A stretch of 64,000 nucleotides of DNA, from NCBI GenBank assembly GCA_963666275.2, contig CAXXOA010000001.1:288001-352000 (forward strand), written 5' to 3'. Position numbers and translations under genes: made by a program. The DNA is from Oceanispirochaeta sp. (GTDB taxonomy: Bacteria; Spirochaetota; Spirochaetia; DSM-2461). The notes under the pieces were generated by a model. The model did not search any database, was not told where the DNA came from, and was given only the letters and a program-made list of their open reading frames with translations. Of this stretch, positions 1 to 9,180 are shown in pieces (within the stretch, counting starts at the first letter, position 1; each line of letters begins with the position of its first letter).

Positions 1-96
1 GCCCCGGTCGAAGTCTACATTTTTTATGGTATCCCCATCCAGGGTTATGGAGATCCTGCGGCAGCAGGTCCCCTGTGTGTCGTGTTCAATTAACAT
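1..96 (-). CDS. 5' part of a TIGR03905/TSCPD-domain small protein, truncated by the window edge
   Basis: Manual translation MLIEHDTQGTCCRRISITLDGDTIKNVDFDRG resembles the family pattern (GTC..I...DGD.I..V.F.GG); AGGA lies upstream of the ATG at 96. Confidence 0.7.
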   Translation of the reverse strand, partial: MLIEHDTQGTCCRRISITLDGDTIKNVDFDRG

Positions 97-200
97 GGTT
101 GATTTCCTGTGAAAAGTCAGAATTCGCAGATGCTGGAAGTATCTTAAAGTGAGGGCTTTCCGTGGTCAATCCGTAGAAATGGGATTTTGGACAAAAAGGG

Positions 201-250
201 AAAAAGCCTCCGGCTTCCCTCTGTCTCCCGGAGGAAACTGAGGGAAGCGG
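201..250 (-). terminator. Probable intrinsic terminator of the 268..1152 gene
   Basis: Arms GCTTCCCTC (213-221) and GAGGGAAGC (240-248), followed by T-rich runs on the minus strand. Confidence 0.5.
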
Positions 251-267
251 ATCCCGGAACGCTGTGA

Positions 268-1152
268 TTATTCCGGGCTGTTCATGGCTTCAAAAACTTT
301 GTAGAGCCCCTGGGTTCCCAGGTTTTCAAGACCCTGGGCCATGGCGGCGACATAAAACTGGTTTGCCAGAGCCAGTCCGGGAAGACTGAGATTCATGGCC
401 CCCGCTTCCTTCAGGGCAATGCCCATGTCTTTGACAAAGTGTTTGATGAAAAAACCGGGATCGAAGTTGCCCGCCGCAATCCGGCGTCCCAGATTATTGA
501 TAGACCAGGAGGCGGCGGCGCCGCTGCCGATGACATCAATGATTTCATCCATATCCAGCCCCGCTCTGTAGCCGTAGAGCAGGGACTCCACTACACCTAT
601 CATTGTGCCGGCAATGAGGATCTGGTTGCTCATCTTCGTATGCTGTCCTGCTCCGGATTTTCCCATATATTTGATGTTCTGTCCGAAGGCCTCCAGCATA
701 GGGAGTACCCGGTCGAAGGTCTCTTTCTCTCCGCCGCACATAATGGCCAGTGTCCCGTTCTTGGCTCCGATATCTCCTCCGGAAACAGGAGCATCCAGGG
801 TTTGAATCCCTTTGCTCTCAGCGGCTTCTGCGATTTTTACAGCCAGGGAGGGTTCGCTGGTGGTCAGATCGACAATCACAGAACCTGAAGGCGCTGTTTC
901 AAGCACGCCCTTGTCTCCCAGGATGACTGACTCCACATCGCTGGGATACCCGACTATGGTAAAGATCACATCGCAGCCTCTGGCTGCTTCGGCAGGGGAA
1001 TCGCACCATACGGCTCCTTTGGCAATCAGAGCATCCGCTTTGGATTTCGTCCTGTTGAAAACTCTGAGGCTGTATCCCCTGTCCATCAGATGAGCGCACA
1101 TGGAGGCTCCCATAACTCCGGTTCCTATCCAGGCGGCATTTTTGTCTTTCAT
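268..1152 (-). CDS. NAD(P)-dependent beta-hydroxyacid dehydrogenase (3-hydroxyisobutyrate dehydrogenase/tartronate semialdehyde reductase family)
   Basis: WIGTGVMG Rossmann motif, DAPVSGG, catalytic K in GQHTKMSNQ, HFVKDM. Confidence 0.9.
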   Translation of the reverse strand: MKDKNAAWIGTGVMGASMCAHLMDRGYSLRVFNRTKSKADALIAKGAVWCDSPAEAARGCDVIFTIVGYPSDVESVILGDKGVLETAPSGSVIVDLTTSEPSLAVKIAEAAESKGIQTLDAPVSGGDIGAKNGTLAIMCGGEKETFDRVLPMLEAFGQNIKYMGKSGAGQHTKMSNQILIAGTMIGVVESLLYGYRAGLDMDEIIDVIGSGAAASWSINNLGRRIAAGNFDPGFFIKHFVKDMGIALKEAGAMNLSLPGLALANQFYVAAMAQGLENLGTQGLYKVFEAMNSPE

Positions 1153-1294
1153 ATTCGAACTCCTTGAATTATAGTGGGCTTGTTACTATATTTAGCGATA
1201 TTCATTCAACTGATTAAACCATACCCCCCTATTGTATACCATTTTCAAGGGTCTTTTAAGGTGTATGCATTCTAAAAAAAGAAGAGGATTAACG

Positions 1295-1504
1295 ATGAGT
1301 GAGGATTACATTCAGCTTGATACCCGGATGATGTACATGGAAGATACCTTCCAGCAGCTGAACCGTATTGTGATGGAACAGGACCGGAAAATAGAAGAGC
1401 TGACAAATACGGTTCGGGAGTTGAGAAAAAAGGTCCGGGAGCTGGAAGAGAAGAAAAGGGAGGAAGGGGCCGCCCCTCTGGAAGAGCGCCCTCCCCATTA
1501 TTGA
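1295..1504 (+). CDS. slyX: SlyX family coiled-coil protein
   Basis: About 70 aa; YMEDT..QLN..V.EQ pattern and C-terminal ERPPHY; AGAGGA RBS before the ATG at 1295. Confidence 0.85.
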   Translation: MSEDYIQLDTRMMYMEDTFQQLNRIVMEQDRKIEELTNTVRELRKKVRELEEKKREEGAAPLEERPPHY

Positions 1505-1507
1505 TAC

Positions 1508-2317
1508 TTACTGAATTTCTTCTGTATACCAGTGAAACAGAGCTTTTACACGGTTGTAGAAGGAGTTGTTGGCCTTTTTCCTGAAGGCATTGATATTCAG
1601 GGAGTCCGCTGCGGTTACACCGTAGAAGAGCAGACCTTTGTCTGTGGGGATGATCACAAGATGTATCTGCATTTTATCCGGCCCGATCACCCGTATCAGG
1701 CTGTTGTAGTACATGGCGGATTTGTTGGTAATAACAGCGGCGATCACGGGACTCTCATAGTAGAACTCCATGATGGATTCATTCTTTCCGAAACTCTTGT
1801 CTTTCTGGTGAATGAAAAAACTGTCCCTTGCGGGAATGGACGTGACCAGGGGGTCGGGGAGCTTGTCTTTGGGGGAGTCTGCATCGGGAATGACCCAGGA
1901 TTCCACAAAGAGGTCTCTCATCTCTTCTCTTGAGGCGGAATAGTACTGAGTTCCCTCGAGAGTGCTCACAGACCTGAGAGTATTGTAGAGCATAAGAGAG
2001 TACCCTTCAGGGTCCTTCCTGTAATCATCCATCGAGAAATCTTTGAAGAGAAACAGCCCCTCTATGCCCATATTCATCTGCTGGGAGGATATGTAATCCT
2101 CAATCCGGCTGCTCTGGGGAATCGGCGGCAGAAGTTCCGTATCGAACTCTCCGAAATGAAAAGCCGTAACCTCCCCTTTGCTCTGAAGCTCTGCCGCCTG
2201 ATCCGCTGTGAGCAGGGATGTCACCTCTTCATAGGAGAGCAGCTGTGACTGGGCAGACAGGGAATAAACGGAAGCAGCCACTGCCAGAGTTAGTAAAATC
2301 TTCTGAATTCTGTACAT
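1508..2317 (-). CDS. Secreted hypothetical protein (spirochaete DUF6675-like)
   Basis: Signal peptide from the ATG at 2317 (GAGG RBS); motifs STLEG.QYYSASR and SFYNR.KAL..W. Confidence 0.6.
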   Translation of the reverse strand: MYRIQKILLTLAVAASVYSLSAQSQLLSYEEVTSLLTADQAAELQSKGEVTAFHFGEFDTELLPPIPQSSRIEDYISSQQMNMGIEGLFLFKDFSMDDYRKDPEGYSLMLYNTLRSVSTLEGTQYYSASREEMRDLFVESWVIPDADSPKDKLPDPLVTSIPARDSFFIHQKDKSFGKNESIMEFYYESPVIAAVITNKSAMYYNSLIRVIGPDKMQIHLVIIPTDKGLLFYGVTAADSLNINAFRKKANNSFYNRVKALFHWYTEEIQ

Positions 2318-2427
2318 TAAAACCTCATCAAAAATAAAACTGAATCTATCGGAAAACTCTATCAGGAGATCCTGAAAAGCAACAAGGTATAATATACACA
2401 TAGATCCTGTATTTCCCAAGTTTTTTG

Positions 2428-2561
2428 GGAAAGGGAGGAAAGAAACAGCCCCTCCGCTCCTCTTTCTGTGTAGGAACCGGTATTACCCCCCCCCCGGATT
2501 TCAGCAGCTTTATGATGATGAGTGAAGAGCAGCTCAGTATTCTCTTTCCCTGACCCTTTCC
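2428..2561. repeat. Long imperfect inverted repeat enclosing a C10 homopolymer
   Basis: GGAAAGGGAGGAAAGAAACA.. at 2428 pairs with ..TATTCTCTTTCCCTGACCCTTTCC ending at 2561; C10 at 2486-2495. Confidence 0.55.
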
Positions 2562-2581
2562 GGATTATTCAGAGCAGGAAA

Positions 2582-2627
2582 TTGACAAATATCCATTCCT
2601 TGTTTATCCTAGTGTTTTAGAACACTT
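2582..2627 (+). promoter_or_regulatory. sigma70 promoter of the GntR gene with adjacent palindromic operator
   Basis: TTGACA(2582-2587)-N17-TATCCT(2605-2610), then AGTGTTTTAGAACACT(2611-2626). Confidence 0.8.
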
Positions 2628-2638
2628 TGAGGTGAGAA

Positions 2639-3709
2639 ATGGATTTAATCATTGACCGGACAATAAGTATTCCTCCGTATCAGCAGATCGTGGGGCAGAT
2701 CCGGGAACAGATCGGAGGCGAACTCCTTCCTGAACACGCCGCACTGCCTTCGGCAAGGGAGATTGTTCAGAAAACCGGCGTCTCCCTGGCAACGGCTCAG
2801 AGGGTTCTCAATGAGCTGAAAAACGAGGGGCTTATCTATAGCCTCCCCGGAAAAGGGAGTTTTGTTTCTCCCTCCACGGCCTCCCTGCCTTCGGTGATTC
2901 ACATCTTTCTTCCCTCTGCGGGGCTTTCTTTCTTCATGGAAATCCTCAAGGGGATCAATGACGCTCTGGGAACCAGGAATATTGAACTGAAACTGCACAG
3001 CCTCAATACGGATAAACTGGTCTGGGGCTGGAAAACAATCGAAGAGCTGGAAGAGGCTGTGAAAAACAGAGAAGCCGTCATCTTTATAGAGGAAGCCTTC
3101 GACTCTGTCAGGGCCGCCTGTCTGAAAGCAGCGCGGCAGATCCCCTTCGTTACCATCGAGTGGGTTCTGGACGGAGCCTGTTCCATCATCAATGACTACA
3201 GGGAATCCTCCTATCATCTTATGGAATACCTTCACAGAGAGAAGAACTGCCGGTCCTTCCTGATCCTTAAGGGAAGGGACTATCAGTTCAATGCATCGGG
3301 AAAGCTGGCGGGTTTTACTTCCTACGCTGAAGATGCCGCTTTGAAAATACCCGGTGATATCCATTTCCTGGACACCGACTTCGATGCCTATACGGGGTAT
3401 GAATCGGTTTCCTCCTTTTTGAATTCAAACAAACTTCCCGATGCGATCTGCTGCGGCAACGACTACGAAGCCATCGGCGTTGTCGGGGCTCTGACCGAAA
3501 AGGGGTATCTTCCCGGACGGGATGTGCAGCTTATCGGTTACGGCGATATGACTGATAAAACAACCATGTACTTTCCTCTGACAACGGTAAGGCAGAATCT
3601 GGAGGAGATGGGACGGCGGGCTGTTCTGCAGCTCCTTGAAAAAGCCGCAGGGGAGAGCACCCCCGCCCAGGATGTGGTTCCCACCGAGTTGATTATCCGA
3701 AAAACATGA
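2639..3709 (+). CDS. GntR-family regulator with LacI-type sugar-sensing domain (AraR-like architecture)
   Basis: N-terminal GntR wHTH (PYQQI, LPSARE, GVS..T, GKGSFV); C-terminal DAI.CGND..A.G and PLTTVRQ. Confidence 0.9.
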   Translation: MDLIIDRTISIPPYQQIVGQIREQIGGELLPEHAALPSAREIVQKTGVSLATAQRVLNELKNEGLIYSLPGKGSFVSPSTASLPSVIHIFLPSAGLSFFMEILKGINDALGTRNIELKLHSLNTDKLVWGWKTIEELEEAVKNREAVIFIEEAFDSVRAACLKAARQIPFVTIEWVLDGACSIINDYRESSYHLMEYLHREKNCRSFLILKGRDYQFNASGKLAGFTSYAEDAALKIPGDIHFLDTDFDAYTGYESVSSFLNSNKLPDAICCGNDYEAIGVVGALTEKGYLPGRDVQLIGYGDMTDKTTMYFPLTTVRQNLEEMGRRAVLQLLEKAAGESTPAQDVVPTELIIRKT

Positions 3710-3735
3710 TCAGCCGGAAGGGGAGGTATTCTCGA

Positions 3736-3781
3736 TTGACAAAGGAACTTTTTCCTTGTATTTTAGTGTTCTAAAACACAA
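3736..3781 (+). promoter_or_regulatory. sigma70 promoter of the kinase operon with a second operator copy
   Basis: TTGACA(3736-3741)-N17-TATTTT(3759-3764), then AGTGTTCTAAAACACA(3765-3780). Confidence 0.8.
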
Positions 3782-3812
3782 GGAAATGTGTGCAGGCAAA
3801 GGAGGAGAGAGC

Positions 3813-5312
3813 ATGCCGAAATACATTCTCAGCGTGGATTTGGGAACGACCAGTACAAAAACGGTTCTCTTTGATGATAAACTGAAGGTCGTTTCGTCTG
3901 CCAAAGCGGAATATCCGACCTTTTATCCCAGTCCGGGATGGGCGGAACAGGATGCCCATGACTGGTGGAAGGCCCTTGTCAGTACCTGCCGGGATGTTCT
4001 TGATAAAAGCGGTATAAACCCTTCTGATATAGCCGGGGTGGGTGTAGACTCCATGTCCAGTATGGCTCTTCCGGTGGATAAAGAGGGAATCCCCCTTCGC
4101 CGGGGGCTGCTCTGGCTGGACCGGCGGGCTCAGAAAGAATCGGACTGGATCAGGAAAACCTACGGAGATGTCCAGATCAGGATCAACAGCAACGATTCGG
4201 ATCCCTCCAACTTTGCCCCCAAAATCCTCTGGATGAAAAACAACGAAAAAGAAATCTATGACAGAACCCACATGTTTCTTCACTGCAACGGCTACCTCGT
4301 CAATCGATTAACAGGAAAAATGACTATGGATATCTCCGAGGCGGGGATGTCCCAGCTTTGCGAAATCCGCAGCGGGCAGTGGTCGGAGGAACTGATCCAT
4401 GCCAGCGGTATCGACCGGTCAAAACTGCCCGAGGTATTCGCCTGTACCGATGTGGTCGGGACTGTGACCCCTCAGGCGGCAAAGGAAACGGGACTTCCCG
4501 AGGGCACTCCCGTTATAGCAGGCGCCATGGACAATGTTTCCGCTACTCTGGGGCTGGGACTGCGTCATGACGGACAGGCCTATATTTCCGCGGGAACCGC
4601 AACCAACGCCGGAGCCTGTGTGGCTTCCGTTCCCTCTGACCCGAGCATGCTAAACTATCATCACGGGGTCCCCGGGCTCTACCTTGTAAACGGGGGAGTC
4701 GATTACGGCGGGGCCGGCCTCCGATGGTTCAAGGCTCTGATCGAAGAAGAGCGTTTTGAAGAGATAGACAAATTGGCCGAAGAAGCGGGGTATCAGGATG
4801 ACATCCTTCTCTATCTGCCCTATATGGTGGGACAAAGGGCTCCCCTGTGGGACCCTCACTCCCGGGCGGTGGCTTTCGGCATGAATCCCGATACCAGCCG
4901 GAAAGCCATGATCCGTATGATCATGGAGGGCATCGCCATGGGGGTCCGGAATGTGTACCGTCTTATGGAAGAGAAGGGCTATACCATTGAAGAGATCGTC
5001 ATGACCGGAGGCTGCGCCAACAGCCCCGTATGGACCCAGATTTTCTCGGACATCCTGGAGAAACACATCATCCTGCCCGGTGAAATGGATGTGGCTCCTC
5101 TTGGGACCGCCATTATGACCGCTGTGGGAGTGGGACTCTTTCCGGATTTCGATGCGGCTCTTGCTGTTCAGACAGTGAGAGCTTCCTATGATCCGGACCG
5201 GAAGAAGACTGCCTATTACCGGGATCTTTTCCAGGCATTTATCCATCTGTATGAAGCGGCCGGTCCGGTTTATGAAGAACTGGACCGGATCAGAACAAAA
5301 TATAAAGATTAA
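3813..5312 (+). CDS. FGGY-family carbohydrate kinase (xylulokinase-like)
   Basis: DLGTTSTK, GWAEQD, WLDRRA, PYMVG.RAP.WD, TGGCA; GGAGG RBS before the ATG at 3813. Confidence 0.9.
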   Translation: MPKYILSVDLGTTSTKTVLFDDKLKVVSSAKAEYPTFYPSPGWAEQDAHDWWKALVSTCRDVLDKSGINPSDIAGVGVDSMSSMALPVDKEGIPLRRGLLWLDRRAQKESDWIRKTYGDVQIRINSNDSDPSNFAPKILWMKNNEKEIYDRTHMFLHCNGYLVNRLTGKMTMDISEAGMSQLCEIRSGQWSEELIHASGIDRSKLPEVFACTDVVGTVTPQAAKETGLPEGTPVIAGAMDNVSATLGLGLRHDGQAYISAGTATNAGACVASVPSDPSMLNYHHGVPGLYLVNGGVDYGGAGLRWFKALIEEERFEEIDKLAEEAGYQDDILLYLPYMVGQRAPLWDPHSRAVAFGMNPDTSRKAMIRMIMEGIAMGVRNVYRLMEEKGYTIEEIVMTGGCANSPVWTQIFSDILEKHIILPGEMDVAPLGTAIMTAVGVGLFPDFDAALAVQTVRASYDPDRKKTAYYRDLFQAFIHLYEAAGPVYEELDRIRTKYKD

Positions 5313-5330
5313 CCTGTAAGGAGAATACAT

Positions 5331-6377
5331 ATGAAAGCAGCCGTACTGTACGGAGATAATGATATCCGTTATGAAGAGTGGGAAAAGCCCCAGGCCGGAC
5401 CCGGAGAGGTCCTTGTAAAAGTAAAAGAGTCGGGACTGTGCGGGTCCGATATCCCCCGGACCATCCACAGCGGAGCTCACTTTTATCCTATCGTCCTTGG
5501 CCATGAGTTTTCCGGAGAGATCGTTGCTTTGGGAGAGGGGGTCTCCACCCGTAAAGTGGGAGACCGCATTGCCTGTGCGCCGCTGATTCCCGACAGGAAT
5601 GATCCCCAGAGCCAGAAAGGCAACTATTCCCTCAGCAAGGGGTACAAGTTTATCGGCTCCCGTATTCAGGGGGGATGGGCCGAATACGTGGCCATGCCCT
5701 GGGAGAATACGATTATCCTCCCCGAATCTGTCAGTTATACCGAAGGGGCCTTCTTTGAGCCTATAACAGTCGCCCTTCATGCTCTGAATATCATGAATTT
5801 TCAGGGCGGGAAAGATGTGGCTATTACAGGCATGGGAACTATCGGCCTTTTGACCCTGCAGTGCGTCAGAGCCATGGGGGCCAGGAAAATCACTGTTTTT
5901 GATATTGATGAAGAAAGGCTGGAAGTCGCAAACGAGTACGGCGCCGACCTCTGCCTGAATACCCTGAAAGAGGGGTTTAAGGACGAAGCCCTAGCTTTTA
6001 CCGATGGCAATGGTTATGAGGTTTGCCTGGAAACCGGCGGGGTTCCCGTTACGGAAATCCTCTGTATGGAATTGGCCGCTCCCAAAGGGACGGTCATGTT
6101 TATCGGGACTCCCCATAAACCGGTTACCCTGCAGCCCCACGAGTTTGAATATATAAACAGGAAAGAGATCTTTGTGACCGGATCCTGGATGAATTACTCA
6201 GCCCCTTTTCCCGGATGGGAGTGGGAGATGGCTGTCTATCTGTTCAGTAAGGATCTGGTGAAAACAGAGAAGCTTATCGACAGGAAAATTCCCCTGAGTG
6301 AAGCCGCTTCGGCGGTGAACGATCTGACCATTCCGGGTGCGGTGAAGGGAAAGATCCTTTTTGACTGTGAAAAATGA
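5331..6377 (+). CDS. Zn-dependent hexitol(-phosphate) dehydrogenase, galactitol-1-phosphate 5-dehydrogenase-like
   Basis: GLCGSDIPR, HFYPIVLGHEFSG, G.GTIG, GSWMNYSAPFPG.EW (GatD-like). Confidence 0.8.
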   Translation: MKAAVLYGDNDIRYEEWEKPQAGPGEVLVKVKESGLCGSDIPRTIHSGAHFYPIVLGHEFSGEIVALGEGVSTRKVGDRIACAPLIPDRNDPQSQKGNYSLSKGYKFIGSRIQGGWAEYVAMPWENTIILPESVSYTEGAFFEPITVALHALNIMNFQGGKDVAITGMGTIGLLTLQCVRAMGARKITVFDIDEERLEVANEYGADLCLNTLKEGFKDEALAFTDGNGYEVCLETGGVPVTEILCMELAAPKGTVMFIGTPHKPVTLQPHEFEYINRKEIFVTGSWMNYSAPFPGWEWEMAVYLFSKDLVKTEKLIDRKIPLSEAASAVNDLTIPGAVKGKILFDCEK

Positions 6378-6395
6378 GAAAAGAGAGGAACAGTA

Positions 6396-7703
6396 ATGAG
6401 CGCAATCAATGATTTTCTGCAGCTAATGAAAGACAACAAAGAGGGAAAACCCCGGGGGATCTATTCGATCTGCTCGGCCCATCCCGATGTGATCAGAGCC
6501 AGTATGATCCAGGCTCTGGAAGACGGTTCCATCGTGCTGATCGAGTCCACAAGCAATCAGGTGGATCAGTTCGGCGGCTATACGGGCATGACTCCTCCCG
6601 AGTTTGTGAGCTATGTGAAAGACCTGGCCGGCGAAGTCTCTTTCCCCGAAGAGAAAATCCTTCTGGGAGGGGATCATCTGGGTCCCAATGCCTGGCAGAG
6701 CCTGCCGGCGGAAGAGGCCATGAAGAATGCCCGGGATCTGATCGAAGCCTATGTAAAAGCGGGGTATCAGAAAATCCATCTGGACGCCAGTATGTACTGC
6801 GCCGACGATGAAGGCGACAGGCATACTCCCCTGGCTGATGAGATTGTCTCCGCCCGGGCGGCAGAGCTCTGCGCCGTAGCCGAAGCGACCTGGGAGACCT
6901 GCTGCCAGGGGCAGCCTCAGCCTGTCTATATCATCGGAACGGAAGTGCCCATTCCCGGCGGCGCCCAGGAGGAGGAAGAGACCGTAACGCCTACCTCTTC
7001 TGCCGATGCGGCCCGGACCATCGAAGTCACAAAAGCGGCTTTTACTGCAAAGGGACTGAGCGACGCCTGGAGCCGGGTGATCGGCCTGGTGGTTCAGCCC
7101 GGTGTGGAGTTCGGAGACGATCAGGTTTTCCATTACGACAGCGCCGCCGCGGCGGATCTGAGCCGGATGATTGAGGGAACCGACCAGTTTGTCTACGAGG
7201 CCCATTCCACGGACTATCAGAGCGAAACCGGCCTGACCAGCCTTGTGAAGGACCATTACTGTATACTCAAAGTAGGCCCCTGGATGACCTTTGCCTTCCG
7301 GGAAGCCCTGTTTGCTCTGGCGGATATGGAAAAGGAGCTTCTGGGAGCATCGGGAGTTCAGCTCTCCCGGCTGAAGGAGACCCTGGAAGAGGTGATGCTG
7401 GACGAGCCGAAGTACTGGCAGAAGTACTACCCCGGCAGTGAAGGGGAGCAGCTTTTCAAACGGAAGTACAGCTTCAGCGACAGGAGCCGCTACTACTGGC
7501 CCGATAAAAGGCTCACCGCCTCTATTGAGCTTCTGAAGAAGAACCTGGATGGAAAGGGGATCCCCCTGAGTATGCTGAGCCAGTATCTGCCGAACCAGTA
7601 CGATGCGGTGCAGGAGGGAAAGATTGCCCTGAAGGCACAGGACCTTATTATCAGCCGGATCCGGGATGTGGTGGGAATCTACGCCCGGGCCTGCGGGTTT
7701 TAA
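6396..7703 (+). CDS. gatZ: GatZ/KbaZ-family protein (tagatose-6-phosphate 4-epimerase / aldolase accessory subunit)
   Basis: SICSAHP, NQVDQFGGYTGM, GGDHLGPN, IHLDASM, GTEVPIPGG, EAHSTDYQ, LKVGP, SDRSRYYW. Confidence 0.9.
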   Translation: MSAINDFLQLMKDNKEGKPRGIYSICSAHPDVIRASMIQALEDGSIVLIESTSNQVDQFGGYTGMTPPEFVSYVKDLAGEVSFPEEKILLGGDHLGPNAWQSLPAEEAMKNARDLIEAYVKAGYQKIHLDASMYCADDEGDRHTPLADEIVSARAAELCAVAEATWETCCQGQPQPVYIIGTEVPIPGGAQEEEETVTPTSSADAARTIEVTKAAFTAKGLSDAWSRVIGLVVQPGVEFGDDQVFHYDSAAAADLSRMIEGTDQFVYEAHSTDYQSETGLTSLVKDHYCILKVGPWMTFAFREALFALADMEKELLGASGVQLSRLKETLEEVMLDEPKYWQKYYPGSEGEQLFKRKYSFSDRSRYYWPDKRLTASIELLKKNLDGKGIPLSMLSQYLPNQYDAVQEGKIALKAQDLIISRIRDVVGIYARACGF

Positions 7704-7717
7704 ATAATTGGTATAGA

Positions 7718-7770
7718 CGAAACAGCCCTCCATATAACAGGTAAATACCTCTGTAACGGAGGGTGTTTCG
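7718..7770. terminator. Long hairpin between the convergent gatZ and GH1 genes
   Basis: CGAAACAGCCCTCC ... GGAGGGTGTTTCG arms. Confidence 0.6.
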
Positions 7771-7774
7771 TGAT

Positions 7775-9151
7775 TCAGCAGAATTTTGCGGGAAAATCTC
7801 GATTAAGCTGTATTGCATTGGTTCTGCACACTTCGGCATACCACCTGCCGCTGTCTTTTACATAGCGTTTTTCGCTCTCATAATCTGTGAAGACAATACC
7901 GAATCTTTTTGTAAATCCCAGAGACCATTCGAAATTATCAAGGAATGACCAGACAAAATATCCTTCCATTCTGACTCCCTCCTGGATCGCCTGCCAGACA
8001 GCGCCGGTATGACGGAATAAATAGTCAATTCGTTCCGGATCATGTACTTCTCCATTCTCCAGCAAATCCGGCAGGGGAGTTCCGTTTTCTGTTACCATCA
8101 GAACAGGATTATCATAATCTCTCTTTAATCGTTTCAGCAGATTATAGAGACCTTCCGCATTGTTTTCCCACTCTTCGTAATCCGAAGTGTGCATAAAAGG
8201 GTAGCGGACCTGACGGCATTTCAGAAAATTACCTCTGCTGTCATGACCGATGATACGCCTTGTATAGAAATTCACGCCCATGAAATCACTGTGAGCACTG
8301 ATATCTTTCATATCGCCGCTATGGATTTCAGGGGCATCCTGTCCGTACCACTCCATCATATCCTGCGGATAAGAGCCGTAATAGAGAGGGTCAAGGAACC
8401 AGCGGTTAAAGGCGCCGTCATGCCTGGCCGCAGCGGCCAGATCCCGGGGGGCTTCCGTGGCAGGTTCAATCCATTCCAGATTGTTTACGATCCCGGCTCT
8501 GGCGTCCCTGGAATTCTCCCTTATCACTGGAAGAGCCTTGCCATGGGCCAGGAGCATATGATGCGCTGTCTGAAGTGCTGTCTTCAAATCTTTGACTCCC
8601 GGAGCATGAGTACCATAGAGGTTACCTACAAAGGAGTATACCCAGGGTTCATTGTGGGTCATCCAGTTTTTGATGCGGTCTCCCAGGGCTTTCGTTACGG
8701 TTTCGGTGTATTGCAGATAGTAATTGACGGTTTCTCGATCAGCCCATCCTCCCCGGTCCTGTAGAAACTGGGGCAGATCCCAGTGAAAAAGTGTGGCATA
8801 GGGGGTGATCCCTTTTTCAAGCACGGTATCGATGAGCCTGGAGTAATAATCCAGACCTTCGGGGTTAAGACTTTTACAGTCCCGGCTCATTATCCGGGGC
8901 CAGGCAAGGGAAAAACGGTAGTGCCTGATATTCAAGTCCCTCATCAGAGTCAGATCGTCCCGGAAGTGATGAAAGTGATTACAGGTTACATCTCCGGTGG
9001 ATCTGTCATCGATATTACCGGGAGTATGAGAGAATGTATCCCAGATAGAAGGACTCCGTCCTCCTTCCTTTACTGCTCCCTCTATCTGGTAGGCGGCTGT
9101 GGCGGTTCCCCAAATAAAATGTTCAGGAAACTGAAATGTTCTATTGTGCAT
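7775..9151 (-). CDS. GH1 beta-glucosidase
   Basis: WGTATAAYQIEG, HWDLPQ, acid/base NEP, nucleophile TENG, DNFEW..G..KRFG. Confidence 0.93.
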   Translation of the reverse strand: MHNRTFQFPEHFIWGTATAAYQIEGAVKEGGRSPSIWDTFSHTPGNIDDRSTGDVTCNHFHHFRDDLTLMRDLNIRHYRFSLAWPRIMSRDCKSLNPEGLDYYSRLIDTVLEKGITPYATLFHWDLPQFLQDRGGWADRETVNYYLQYTETVTKALGDRIKNWMTHNEPWVYSFVGNLYGTHAPGVKDLKTALQTAHHMLLAHGKALPVIRENSRDARAGIVNNLEWIEPATEAPRDLAAAARHDGAFNRWFLDPLYYGSYPQDMMEWYGQDAPEIHSGDMKDISAHSDFMGVNFYTRRIIGHDSRGNFLKCRQVRYPFMHTSDYEEWENNAEGLYNLLKRLKRDYDNPVLMVTENGTPLPDLLENGEVHDPERIDYLFRHTGAVWQAIQEGVRMEGYFVWSFLDNFEWSLGFTKRFGIVFTDYESEKRYVKDSGRWYAEVCRTNAIQLNRDFPAKFC

Positions 9152-9180
9152 AGTCTGTCTTCCTTTTGGTTTGATATTGT

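Noticed and set aside
6423..7733. Long antisense ORFs (this one, plus 32364-33716, 36726-38021, 56232-57767, 58905-60065 and others)
   Set aside because: They mirror well-supported genes on the opposite strand, have no recognisable motifs, and are expected from codon bias
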